From contig CAVYLJ010000041.1 of the NCBI GenBank assembly GCA_963769305.1, positions 30,082 to 62,081 of the forward strand: a stretch of 32,000 nt of DNA, written 5' to 3'. This document shows positions 10,743 through 18,670 of the stretch, in pieces; positions within the stretch are counted from its first letter, which is position 1, and every line of letters starts with the position of its first letter. A program made the translations under genes and the position numbers. This DNA comes from an uncultured delta proteobacterium. GTDB lineage: Bacteria > Desulfobacterota > RBG-13-43-22. A model generated the notes under the pieces. It saw only the letters and a program-made list of their open reading frames with translations, did no database searches and was not told the DNA's origin.

Positions 10743-10815
10743 GGTATAAGGTGCAGGGCATAGGGTTTAAGGAATGCCCCTTGCCTTGGACCTTATACCT
10801 TAAACCTTGCACCTT
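10743..10815. repeat. Intercistronic hairpin built from NNNNAGG / CCTNNNN heptamers (yedE-tusA spacer)
   Basis: Left arm is ggtataaggtgcagggcatagggtttaagg. Right arm is ccttggaccttataccttaaaccttgcacctt. The heptads tataagg, tgcaagg and tttaagg occur on both arms as complements. The right arm abuts the tusA RBS GGAAGGAGG. Confidence 0.65.
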
Positions 10816-10832
10816 GGAAGGAGGAAATCATC

Positions 10833-11069
10833 ATGGAAGATATTAAACCCGATCAAACCTTGGATGCCCGGGGACTCAGTTGCCCCATGCCGGTTTTAAA
10901 AACCAAAAAGGCGATTGAGAATCTCAAGTCCGGAGAAATCCTGGAGGTCTTAGGAACCGATCCGGGGACCAGAAACGACATGCCCGGCTGGGCCAACCGC
11001 ACCGGGAACATTTACCTCGGGGAGAAAGAAGACCAAGGCTTTATTCGTTTTTACGTCAAGAAAAAGTAA
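10833..11069 (+). CDS. tusA: TusA/SirA-family sulfurtransferase
   Basis: 78 aa. LDARGLSCPMPVLKTKKAIENL carries the CPxP active-site motif. A strong RBS precedes the gene. Confidence 0.9.
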   Translation: MEDIKPDQTLDARGLSCPMPVLKTKKAIENLKSGEILEVLGTDPGTRNDMPGWANRTGNIYLGEKEDQGFIRFYVKKK

Positions 11070-11091
11070 AATGTGAAATAAGGAGCAGGGC

Positions 11092-11400
11092 ATGGCTGAA
11101 AAATTGGGGATTTTCGTTTCCTCCGATAAAAACCTCCGGCATGTGATCGGAATCACCAAAGCCGCCGAAGCGGCCGGCAAGGAAGTAGTCCTTTTTTTTA
11201 CCCACAAAGGGGTCCTGCTGACCCAGGTGCCGGAGTTCAAGGAGCTGATCGGCCACGGAAAAAAATCCTTGTGTAATGTGAGTTATGAATCCAAAGGATT
11301 GAAAGGGAAGCCAGCCCCTGGAATAGCAGAAAAAGATTTCGGCACTCAGGCCCGCCACGGGGAGATGATCGACGAAGTGGACCGTTATATCGTCCTGTAA
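11092..11400 (+). CDS. DsrE/DsrF-like family protein
   Basis: 102 aa. KLGIFVSSDKNLRHVIGITKAAEAAGKEVVLFFTHKGV has the DsrE-fold pattern. It lies directly after tusA. The family call is made by eye. Confidence 0.6.
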   Translation: MAEKLGIFVSSDKNLRHVIGITKAAEAAGKEVVLFFTHKGVLLTQVPEFKELIGHGKKSLCNVSYESKGLKGKPAPGIAEKDFGTQARHGEMIDEVDRYIVL

Positions 11401-11411
11401 AGGAGGAATCG

Positions 11412-11696
11412 ATGAAAAAGGTGGCCTTTTTGGTCAAAGACAAGGAGGAAGACTGGGAAGGGCTTCGCTCAACCCTGGGTTTGGCCGTAGAGAATAACTC
11501 GGTTTATTTCTTTGTCCTTGATCATGAAGTGGAAATGACCGAGCCTTTTCGCGAAAATCTGGATTGGGTCCTGGATATGGAGGGTGAATTATATTCCAAT
11601 GTTCCGGCCAATGTGGAGAAGCACGGGTTCCAACCCATCACCTATGAGGAATTGGGCGAGAAATTGAAAGAAATGGATTTTATCGTCCCCTTTTAA
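11412..11696 (+). CDS. Conserved hypothetical protein, fourth gene of the sulfur-trafficking cluster (possibly a DsrE-fold relative)
   Basis: 94-aa ORF with RBS AGGAGG and 11-nt spacing from the preceding stop. KKVAFLVKDKEEDWEGLRSTLGLAVENNSVYFFVLD resembles the DsrE/F/H fold pattern. Confidence 0.55.
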   Translation: MKKVAFLVKDKEEDWEGLRSTLGLAVENNSVYFFVLDHEVEMTEPFRENLDWVLDMEGELYSNVPANVEKHGFQPITYEELGEKLKEMDFIVPF

Positions 11697-11707
11697 AATA
11701 AAAATAA

Positions 11708-11823
11708 CGGTTCGAGGTCCCAGGTACAAGGGGGATCAGATTCTCGTATTCACGCGTTGTAGGCCCCGGCATGTGATTTTTCTTTAAACCTTGTACCTCG
11801 TACCTTGAACCTTGTACCTTGAG
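11708..11823. repeat. Intercistronic hairpin built from TNCNAGG / CCTNGNA heptamers
   Basis: Left arm is cggttcgaggtcccaggtacaagggg. Right arm is ccttgtacctcgtaccttgaaccttgtaccttgag. About 20 of 25 arm positions are complementary, and the central loop is about 60 nt. Confidence 0.65.
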
Positions 11824-11836
11824 AATATGAGGTGCC

Positions 11837-12011
11837 ATGAAACTCTTACACATATATCGTTCCAAGCCAACCGAAGAAGTCCTTAAATTAGCCAAAATCC
11901 TTTCCGAGGGAAACGAGGCGGACAACTTTTTCTCTTTATGAAGGAGAGGTGGATTACGCCAAATTGGTGGAGCTTATCTTTTCCCATGATAAAGTCGTCA
12001 GTTGGTGGTAA
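11837..12011 (+). pseudogene. Small conserved hypothetical protein (about 58 aa), fifth gene of the cluster, with one +1 frame break at the T5 run near 11927-11938
   Basis: ATG at 11837 after GAGGTG gives MKLLHIYRSKPTEEVLKLAKILSEGNEADNFFSL then a stop. The +1 frame continues YEGEVDYAKLVELIFSHDKVVSWW to a stop at 12009-12011. Confidence 0.5.
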
Positions 12012-12099
12012 GTAAGACCGATAGGGGATACCGGTTTCCTGATCCCGGATAAAAATAAACCTTGGCAGGAACAGAGGGCCGGAGAACGATTTTTAAACC

Positions 12100-12123
12100 T
12101 GATTAATTTTTTGCGGTTAATCA
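12100..12123. promoter_or_regulatory. Perfect 7-bp inverted repeat TGATTAA-N10-TTAATCA upstream of ORF 12157
   Basis: Read directly from the sequence, 34 nt upstream of the ATG. It could be a regulator site or a chance AT-rich palindrome. Confidence 0.25.
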
Positions 12124-12156
12124 TATCCGGCATATTTGACCAAGAGGTGATTTATT

Positions 12157-12723
12157 ATGCCTGAAAAAAACTTTTTAATAATCGGTCTGATGTTTATTCT
12201 GCTGATGGGATTGGGGATTCATGAATCCCAAGCCCAAGGGTCTCCATCCGGCCAAGCCTATTCCGTGAACCCGGAACTCTGCGCCCTCATGCTTCGCAAA
12301 GGGAAAGAATCCTTTACTCGGGGAAGGTACACCGAGGCCAAAGAATTGTTCCGTAAGGCCATACTGGCCGATCCCAACTCCCAAAAAGCCTGGTCCTATT
12401 ACGATCTGGCCCAGATGTATTCCGTAGCCGAGCAATTTAAAAATCACGGCCGCATCGTCCAATCCAGCGCCCCGCCCGCTGAACAAACCGCGGAAATGGC
12501 CCAACCCCAGACCACGGCCGCCCCGCCTCCGGCCATGAAAGAAAAAGGCAAAGGGATTCCGGCAAAAAAAGAAAAACCGGCAATCAGAAAAAAGGCCTCA
12601 GCCCCGAAAGAAACTCTCAAGGGGGAACCCTCCAAACCCGGAGCACCAAACCCTGTTCCAGCCCCCCCGGCCCCGACACCCGCTCCGGGAGGGTTTAAGA
12701 TTTTAAAGGATGAAGGTTGTTAA
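12157..12723 (+). CDS. Secreted protein: signal peptide, one TPR-like helical unit, long Pro/Ala/Lys-rich tail ending ...FKILKDEGC
   Basis: Signal peptide MPEKNFLIIGLMFILLMGLGIHESQAQG. TPR-like RGRYTEAKELFRKAILADPNSQKAWSYYDLAQMY. The low-complexity tail is about 85 aa, and Cys is the last residue before TAA. Confidence 0.7.
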   Translation: MPEKNFLIIGLMFILLMGLGIHESQAQGSPSGQAYSVNPELCALMLRKGKESFTRGRYTEAKELFRKAILADPNSQKAWSYYDLAQMYSVAEQFKNHGRIVQSSAPPAEQTAEMAQPQTTAAPPPAMKEKGKGIPAKKEKPAIRKKASAPKETLKGEPSKPGAPNPVPAPPAPTPAPGGFKILKDEGC

Positions 12724-12837
12724 TCGATATAGGTTTTCAGCAGAAAGGTAGGTGATATCGGCGGTTATATTTTAAAAAGAATTTAGGATGCTTATATAAT
12801 TTTGGTTCATATTTTAATAACTTATGGAGGATTTACG

Positions 12838-13413
12838 ATGAAAAGATTAATAATTTTGACCTCGGCGTTGTTTTTGCTTCTGGCCTTCGCAGGTTTCGGA
12901 ATGGCCCAGGATGTTTCCAAAGGAGAAAGTGCTTTTAAGGCGGATCTGGAAAAGGCTATTCCACCCGATAGAATTAAGACCATTGCCGACCTGCACAAAG
13001 TCTGGATGGATGTTCAAGCGGGAAAAAGCAAGGCCATCCTGATCGACGTCCGCACCAATCCTGAATTTGATGCCGGCCATATCGAGGGCACGAACCTCGT
13101 GACGTTGGCCCACGTATATACCTTGCCTAAACGTTTTCCGGATGCCAATGCGGAATACTGGATCTGGTGCCGAACCGACCATCGTTCCGCTTATTTCACC
13201 GCCATGATGTACAGATACGGCTATAAAAATGTCTATTGGGCCAAAGGCGGAGTCGTCGGCTGGATGAAAGCGGGATACCCTTTGGTAAACCGTTTCATGG
13301 GCCGCTTTAAAGTGGAAGAATACGGCCATCCTTTTAAGGAAAAAGGTCCGATTAAAGACAGAGAGTTTGTCGACTATAAATCCTATTATAAGGAATGCAT
13401 TCCTCAGGAATAG
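12838..13413 (+). CDS. Periplasmic single-domain rhodanese (sulfurtransferase)
   Basis: Signal peptide MKRLIILTSALFLLLAFAGFGMAQD from the ATG at 12838 after GGAGG. ILIDVRTNPEFDAGHIEGTNLV plus active-site loop CRTDHRS. Confidence 0.85.
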   Translation: MKRLIILTSALFLLLAFAGFGMAQDVSKGESAFKADLEKAIPPDRIKTIADLHKVWMDVQAGKSKAILIDVRTNPEFDAGHIEGTNLVTLAHVYTLPKRFPDANAEYWIWCRTDHRSAYFTAMMYRYGYKNVYWAKGGVVGWMKAGYPLVNRFMGRFKVEEYGHPFKEKGPIKDREFVDYKSYYKECIPQE

Positions 13414-13435
13414 CCTATCGGAACCTGTTCGGTTA

Positions 13436-13470
13436 AAGGAGGGGTTAATTTCCGCCCCTCCTTTCTTTTT
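13436..13470 (+). terminator. Rho-independent terminator after the rhodanese gene
   Basis: Stem AAGGAGGGG / CCCCTCCTT with a 10-nt loop, followed by TCTTTTT. Confidence 0.8.
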
Positions 13471-13553
13471 GCCGTCAATGGTTTCTTGTACCCTCCGCGT
13501 AGTTGACCGCATCAGCATCATTCCTCTTTTTTTTCTTTTTATGATTTTTTTTC

Positions 13554-13594
13554 TTGACAATCCATTATCTCCAAAACTATATTACTATATAGTT
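13554..13594 (+). promoter_or_regulatory. Promoter (TTGACA at 13554-13559) with an overlapping 8-4-8 inverted repeat AACTATAT-TACT-ATATAGTT (13575-13594), a probable repressor operator
   Basis: Read directly. The same module, cttgacaat...aaactatattacYatataSttatt, recurs at 28513-28552 and 28731-28770. Confidence 0.65.
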
Positions 13595-13655
13595 ATTTAG
13601 GAAATTATCGGGTAAAAACAAACCCTCATTAAGAGGGATTAAAGGAGGAACCAAA

Positions 13656-14732
13656 ATGAACGAATCCGTTTCCTGTGAATGTATTCAAACAACCGGTGGT
13701 AAGTTAGATCCAATAAGCCTGAGGAAAAAACTGGTTATTTTGCCGGTGTCCTTTATAGCCTGGTGGATTATCTACCACCAACTGCCCATGGTAACCGGGT
13801 GGGTGACCTATCATTTGTTCAGCCTTGGCAGAGGTACTCATTTGGGCGAGGCTGTCGCCTTTTTTCTTTATGATGTTCCCAAGGTCCTGATGCTCCTGAT
13901 CCTGGTCGTTTTTGGAGTCGGTCTTTTGCGCTCTTTCTTTACCCCGGAAAAGACCAGGGCCATTTTGGCCGGTAAAAAGGAATCGGTCGGAAATGTCCTG
14001 GCCGCCGGCCTGGGAATCGCCACCCCTTTCTGCACCTGCTCGGCCATCCCCCTCTTTATCGGCTTTGTCGAGGCCGGGGTACCCCTCGGGGTAACGCTGT
14101 CTTTTTTGATCTCCGCCCCCATGGTCAATGAGATCGCCCTGGTCCTTTTGTTCGGCCTTTTCGGATGGAAAGTGGCCGCCCTCTACCTATCCACCGGACT
14201 GGTAATCGCCATGGTCAGCGGCTGGGTCATCGGCCGGTTGCACATGGAGAACCATATCGAAGATTGGGTCAGGGAAATCAGGACCAACGGCTCCCCGATG
14301 TTCATGGAAACACTAAACTGGTCGGGTCGGATCGATTATGCCTGGCAGGCGGTCAAGGATATCGTCGGCAAGGTCTGGATCTATGTTGTGGCCGGTATCG
14401 CCGTCGGGGCGGCCATCCACGGCTACGTACCCGTCGGTTTTATGGCCTCCATCATGGGCAAAGAGGCCTGGTGGTCGGTTCCCTTGGCCGTCATGTTGGG
14501 GGTTCCCATGTATTCCAATGCCGCCGGGATCATCCCGATTGTTCAGGCCCTTCTGGAAAAAGGGGCGGCCCTGGGCACGGTGCTGGCCTTCATGATGGCG
14601 GTCATCGGACTCTCCTTGCCGGAAACCATCATCCTCCGAAAGGTCTTGAAACCACGGCTCATTGCCGTCTTTGTCGGCGTGGTGGCTACGGGCATTCTTC
14701 TGGTGGGTTTTCTCTTTAATGCCCTTCTGTAA
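13656..14732 (+). CDS. UPF0718/ArsP-like permease (predicted permease family with CxC motif)
   Basis: 358-aa polytopic protein. ATPFCTCSAIPLFIGFVEAGVPLGVTLSFLISAPMVNE matches the conserved Cys-containing loop of the ArsP/YraQ-type permease family. Confidence 0.8.
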   Translation: MNESVSCECIQTTGGKLDPISLRKKLVILPVSFIAWWIIYHQLPMVTGWVTYHLFSLGRGTHLGEAVAFFLYDVPKVLMLLILVVFGVGLLRSFFTPEKTRAILAGKKESVGNVLAAGLGIATPFCTCSAIPLFIGFVEAGVPLGVTLSFLISAPMVNEIALVLLFGLFGWKVAALYLSTGLVIAMVSGWVIGRLHMENHIEDWVREIRTNGSPMFMETLNWSGRIDYAWQAVKDIVGKVWIYVVAGIAVGAAIHGYVPVGFMASIMGKEAWWSVPLAVMLGVPMYSNAAGIIPIVQALLEKGAALGTVLAFMMAVIGLSLPETIILRKVLKPRLIAVFVGVVATGILLVGFLFNALL

Positions 14733-14780
14733 AGTTTTTTCTTGACTTTAAGAGGAAACAATATAACTATATAATCCATT

Positions 14781-15116
14781 ATGGAAAAATCAGGAAAGAT
14801 GAATCAAAAAATATTGGAAGGCCAGGCCTCGATCCTCAAGGCCCTGGGTCAGCCCACCCGACTGCAAATTCTGGAATTGCTTAAGGAAGGCGAACGGTGC
14901 GTCTGTGAAATTTTCCCGGCCATCTCCCAGGAACAGGCCAATGTCTCCAAGCATCTTTCCATCTTGAAACAGGTCGGGATTCTGGAGTCCCGGAAAGAGG
15001 GCCTGCGTATCCTTTACCGGATAAAAACCCCTGAAATTTTGAACTTGCTGAGCGGGGTTTCCAAGCTCTTAAAAGCCCAGGCCCAGGAGCAGCATAAGTT
15101 AATGACTCGTTTATAA
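14781..15116 (+). CDS. ArsR/SmtB-family metalloregulator
   Basis: ILKALGQPTRLQILELLKEGERCVCEI...ANVSKHLSILKQVGILESRKEGLRILYRI is a winged HTH with a CVC metal(loid) site. The start could instead be the ATG at 14799. Confidence 0.9.
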   Translation: MEKSGKMNQKILEGQASILKALGQPTRLQILELLKEGERCVCEIFPAISQEQANVSKHLSILKQVGILESRKEGLRILYRIKTPEILNLLSGVSKLLKAQAQEQHKLMTRL

Positions 15117-15129
15117 AATTTTTTTTGAG

Positions 15130-15154
15130 TATATGATTACTAATTATTCATATA
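15130..15154. promoter_or_regulatory. ArsR/SmtB-type operator-like inverted repeat ATATGA-N11-TCATAT upstream of the CDF gene
   Basis: tatatgattactaattattcatata, 18 nt upstream of the CDF ATG. It resembles the imperfect TGA..TCA repeats bound by SmtB/CzrA-type repressors. Confidence 0.55.
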
Positions 15155-15171
15155 GTTAATGAGTATTTTTT

Positions 15172-16113
15172 ATGGAACCCCATCATCATAATCATGACTC
15201 CGAAGCCTCCTGGGGTAAACGCCTGTTCGTCACCATGGTGATGAACCTGATTATCCCGGCTGTTCAGATCGTGGCCGGCATCATGGCCGGCAGTATGGCC
15301 CTGATCAGCGATGCCCTGCACAACCTGAGTGATTTCGCTTCCATCCTGATCAGCTATATGGCCTTAAAAATCGGAAAACGCGGTCCCACGCTTTCCCTGA
15401 CCTTCGGCTATAAACGGGTGGAGGTCATGGCCGCAGTCTTCAATACGGCCCTCCTCTTCGGGGCCGCCCTGTTCATCGCTGTGGAAGGCTGGATTCGTTT
15501 AAAAAATCCGGTTTTGATTCGGGGAAACATGGTCATTTGGGCCGCCCTCCTGGGTGTTATCGCCAATGGCATATCGACCTGGATGCTCCACGCCGGGGCC
15601 AAAGAAAACCTCAACATGCGCGGGGCCTTTCTCCATATGTTGACCGATGCCCTGACTTCCCTCGGAGTGGCCGTACTGGGCGTGGTCTGGCTGCTCCGTC
15701 CCTGGTACTGGCTTGATCCCATCGTATCCTGGGTTATCGTAGCCCTGATCCTTTACAGCGGCTGGGGTATTTTAAAACAAGCCCTGCTCATCTTGATGAA
15801 CGCCACCCCGCCGGGTATCGACCTGGAGGCCATACAAAAAGAAGTAGTATCCCTGGGGGGGATAGAGGATCTTCATCATCTTCATGTCTGGAACCCCTCC
15901 TCCGGGACCATCGCCCTGGCGGCCCATGTCATCGTGCCGGACCAGATGCTTTGCCAGGTGGACGAGTTGGCTAAAAAAGTGCGGGACCTGCTCTTATCTA
16001 AATTCAACATCAATCATCCCATCCTTCAATTTGAGAGCAAGTCTTATGAACCCGTGGATTTACTATGCACGATATGTAAGGACAACCATTCTTCAGAAAC
16101 AAGTGCTCAGTAA
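15172..16113 (+). CDS. czcD: Cation diffusion facilitator (CzcD/ZitB-like Zn/Co/Cd exporter)
   Basis: His-rich N-terminus MEPHHHNHD. TM2 motif ALISDALHNLSDF and TM5 motif AFLHMLTDALTSLGV. Cytoplasmic C-terminal domain with HHLHVW. Confidence 0.9.
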   Translation: MEPHHHNHDSEASWGKRLFVTMVMNLIIPAVQIVAGIMAGSMALISDALHNLSDFASILISYMALKIGKRGPTLSLTFGYKRVEVMAAVFNTALLFGAALFIAVEGWIRLKNPVLIRGNMVIWAALLGVIANGISTWMLHAGAKENLNMRGAFLHMLTDALTSLGVAVLGVVWLLRPWYWLDPIVSWVIVALILYSGWGILKQALLILMNATPPGIDLEAIQKEVVSLGGIEDLHHLHVWNPSSGTIALAAHVIVPDQMLCQVDELAKKVRDLLLSKFNINHPILQFESKSYEPVDLLCTICKDNHSSETSAQ

Positions 16114-16125
16114 GGAGGCCTTATT

Positions 16126-16359
16126 ATGGAAATCAAAATACTCGGACCCGGATGTCCCAGATGCGGGCAAACGGAAAAAATCGTCAAGGAGACTGTAGCC
16201 GAGGCCGGCGTGGAGGCCACGGTTGAAAAAATTACCGATGTGATGCAAATCATGACCTATCGAGTCATGGGCACCCCGGCGGTGGTCGTGGACGGCCAGG
16301 TGATGTCGGTGGGCAAGGTCCCCAAGAAAAAAGAGATTCTTGCCTGGATAAAAAAATAG
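16126..16359 (+). CDS. Small thioredoxin-fold protein (redox-active disulfide protein 2 / Thioredoxin_3 type)
   Basis: 77 aa. MEIKILGPGCPRCGQTEKIV carries a CxxC motif, and ...GTPAVVVDGQ follows. In my recollection this family commonly accompanies ArsR plus the UPF0718 permease. Confidence 0.85.
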   Translation: MEIKILGPGCPRCGQTEKIVKETVAEAGVEATVEKITDVMQIMTYRVMGTPAVVVDGQVMSVGKVPKKKEILAWIKK

Positions 16360-16391
16360 CCCAGGTAAAGCCGATACAAAAAGGAAAATCT

Positions 16392-17315
16392 ATGGCTCCC
16401 GGCAAACCACTATCCGTTAAACTGTTTTTCATCCTGCCGTTCCTACTCCTGTCTTTATTGGTCTTATTTGACGCCCAGGCCGGTCAAACCATCGATGAGC
16501 TTTATCCTGGACTGGCTTCCGACTCCCTTAAGTCAGCAAAACTCACCAGGCTGCCTAAAGGAACCCTTTTGACCTCCAGGAGTCTGATCATAAAAGAATC
16601 GGAACTTACCAGGGAGATCAACCAATCGGACCCGGCATTACGTAAACAACTTATTAGAAATGCCTTTTATCTTCTGGAAAAAATGGCCACCAGTCGGTTG
16701 GTCCTTCAGGAAGCCCATAAAGCAGGATATAAACTGGGAGATGAAGAAGATAAGACAATCACGAAGTTTCTCTCTGAAAAGGTAAAGCCCGGCACCATAT
16801 CCGATGAGGAATTAAGGAATTTTTATACCCAGAACAAAGGGATGATCGGGAGTGCTTCTTTTGAAGAGACTCGTGACCTGTTGAAGTATCTTTTAGCACA
16901 ACAAAAAATCCAGGAGGCCCAGCGTCATTACGTCCAAACTCTCTTTCAGCAAGCATCCATCCAGCTTAATGAAGACTGGGTAAAAAAACAAAGCACCCTT
17001 TCCCGAGACAACCCGGTAGACCGGGCCAGGACGTCCGGCAAACCGAGCTTGATCGACTTTGGATCAACCGGCTGCGGGCCCTGTGACATGATGACCCCCA
17101 TATTAGCCGACCTGGAGAAAAAATATAAAGACAAGTTAAACGTCCTTTTCGTCCATGTGAACCAGGAAGTGATTTTAACGGCTCGTTTCGGGATCAAATA
17201 CATACCGGTTCAGGTGTTCTTTGACAAAAACGGCCGGGAGGTTTTCAGGCATACCGGCTTTTTCCCCCAAACGGAGATCGAAAAGCAACTGGCCCGGATG
17301 GGCATCGCCAACTGA
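16392..17315 (+). CDS. Secreted two-domain protein: helical N-terminal domain (SurA/PpiD-N-like by eye) fused to a thioredoxin domain (CGPC)
   Basis: Signal peptide MAPGKPLSVKLFFILPFLLLSLLVLFDAQAG. C-terminal domain LIDFGSTGCGPCDMMTPILADLEKKYKDKLNVLFVHV...IPVQVFFDKNGREVFRHTGF. Confidence 0.75.
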   Translation: MAPGKPLSVKLFFILPFLLLSLLVLFDAQAGQTIDELYPGLASDSLKSAKLTRLPKGTLLTSRSLIIKESELTREINQSDPALRKQLIRNAFYLLEKMATSRLVLQEAHKAGYKLGDEEDKTITKFLSEKVKPGTISDEELRNFYTQNKGMIGSASFEETRDLLKYLLAQQKIQEAQRHYVQTLFQQASIQLNEDWVKKQSTLSRDNPVDRARTSGKPSLIDFGSTGCGPCDMMTPILADLEKKYKDKLNVLFVHVNQEVILTARFGIKYIPVQVFFDKNGREVFRHTGFFPQTEIEKQLARMGIAN

Positions 17316-17319
17316 TCCG

Positions 17320-18239
17320 ATGTCATCTTTAACTTTTAGAACCTTTCCTTTCCTCCTCCTTAGTGCCTTGATGGTTTTTTTGAACAGGGACCTTCAAGCC
17401 CAAAGTTCAAAGACCATAGCAGAGAATTATCCCTTCCTGGGTGCTTACGCCCTGCCCGATGCGGTGTTGAGCAAATTAAAACCCGGCATCCTTTTAGTTT
17501 CCGATAAAGTCATCATAAAAGAATCGGAGGTCCTGTCCGAGATTCGCCGATCCGATCAGGCCATCCGTGGTCAATTACGAAAAAATGCCTTTTATGTCCT
17601 GGAAAAGATGGCGGCCGATCGGCTCCTTCTGCGGGAAGCTTTGGCCCATGGAGAACAAAGGCAAGGCCCGGCAAAAGAAATCGTTGCCCGTTATCTCGAT
17701 CAAAAATTTAAAGACCTGACCGTATCCGAGGAAGAACTCCGGCAGTACTACCAGGACAACAAACATATGCTCGGCGATCCCGACCTGGATCCTCTCAAGG
17801 AATCCCTGCGGGACTTCCTGAAAGAACAGAAAAAACAAAAGGCCATTCGGCATTATATTATAACCCTTGGGCAAAGAAGGCTCATCCGGGTCAATGAAGA
17901 CTGGGTAAAAAAACAGAACATCCTGGCCAAAGAAAACCCGGTTGATCGTCTCAGGATGGCCGGAAAACCGGCCTTGGTCCTTTTCGGGGCCATGGGCGAG
18001 TGCCCCTGTGATATGGTCTCTCCCATATCTGATCGATCTGGGCGAAAAATATAAAAGCCGGATTAGAGGTCCTTATTATTTCCCTGCGTGAAGAAAGGAT
18101 CCTGGCAGACCGGTATGGGGTGAAAACCATCCCTGATCTTATTTTTTTCGACCGAAAGGGCCGGGAAATATTTCGCCACGTGGGGTTTCTGCCTGAAAGG
18201 GCAATCGAAGAAAAACTGAAGCAATTCGGACTGATTTGA
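17320..18239 (+). pseudogene. Paralog of 16392-17315 with two +1 frame breaks (near 18025 and 18065) and a degenerate redox motif (ECPC instead of CGPC)
   Basis: MSSLTFRTFPFLLLSALMVFLNRDLQAQ..., and the domain order is colinear with the upstream paralog. Frame 1 runs to CDMVSPI, frame 2 reads LIDLGEKYKSRI, and frame 3 reads EVLIISLREERILADRYGVKTIPDLIFFDRKGREIFRHVGFLPERAIEEKLKQFGLI. Confidence 0.7.
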
Positions 18240-18257
18240 AAGGAAGGAAAATTAAAA

Positions 18258-18646
18258 ATGAACAACTGGCTCTTATCGAAAAATCGGGGTTGTGCTCCTG
18301 ATCGGATTTTTATTTTTGGTGGGAGCCCAACCATCCTGGGCCGGCAGCTTATAAAGAGGTCCCGGTCAAAGGCATGGTAACCCTGGTTGACCTGGGGGCC
18401 AATGCCTGCATTCCCTGCAAGATGATGGCACCCATCATGACCAAGCTGGAGAAGGATTATCAGGGCAAGGCGGCCGTCGTTTTTATTGACGTCTGGAAGT
18501 TCCCGGAACAGGCCAAACCTTTCAATATTCAGGTCATACCGACCCAGATTTTCTATGATAAAACCGGCAAAGAAGTCTTCCGTCATGAAGGGTTTATGAG
18601 CGAGAAAGATATTGTCAGCCAATTAAAAAAGATGGGGGTCAAATAA
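18258..18646 (+). pseudogene. Short periplasmic TlpA/ResA-like thioredoxin, with two +1 frame breaks in the signal-peptide region as sequenced
   Basis: ATG at 18258 gives MNNWLLSK (frame A). Frame B reads KIGVVLLIGFLFLVGAQPSWAG. Frame C reads AAYKEVPVKGMVTLVDLGANACIPCKMMAPIMTKLEKDY..., which is track ORF 18374-18646. Confidence 0.7.
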
Positions 18647-18670
18647 TCTTTAAGGTCAGGTGAGGTTTCA

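Noticed and set aside
12847-13560. 237-aa minus-strand ORF
   Set aside because: It is antisense to the rhodanese gene, which has a signal peptide, an RBS, an active-site loop and a terminator. The antisense translation has no recognisable motif.
17951-18622. 223-aa minus-strand ORF
   Set aside because: It is antisense to the thioredoxin paralogs and has no motifs. It is explained by the frame-broken plus-strand genes.
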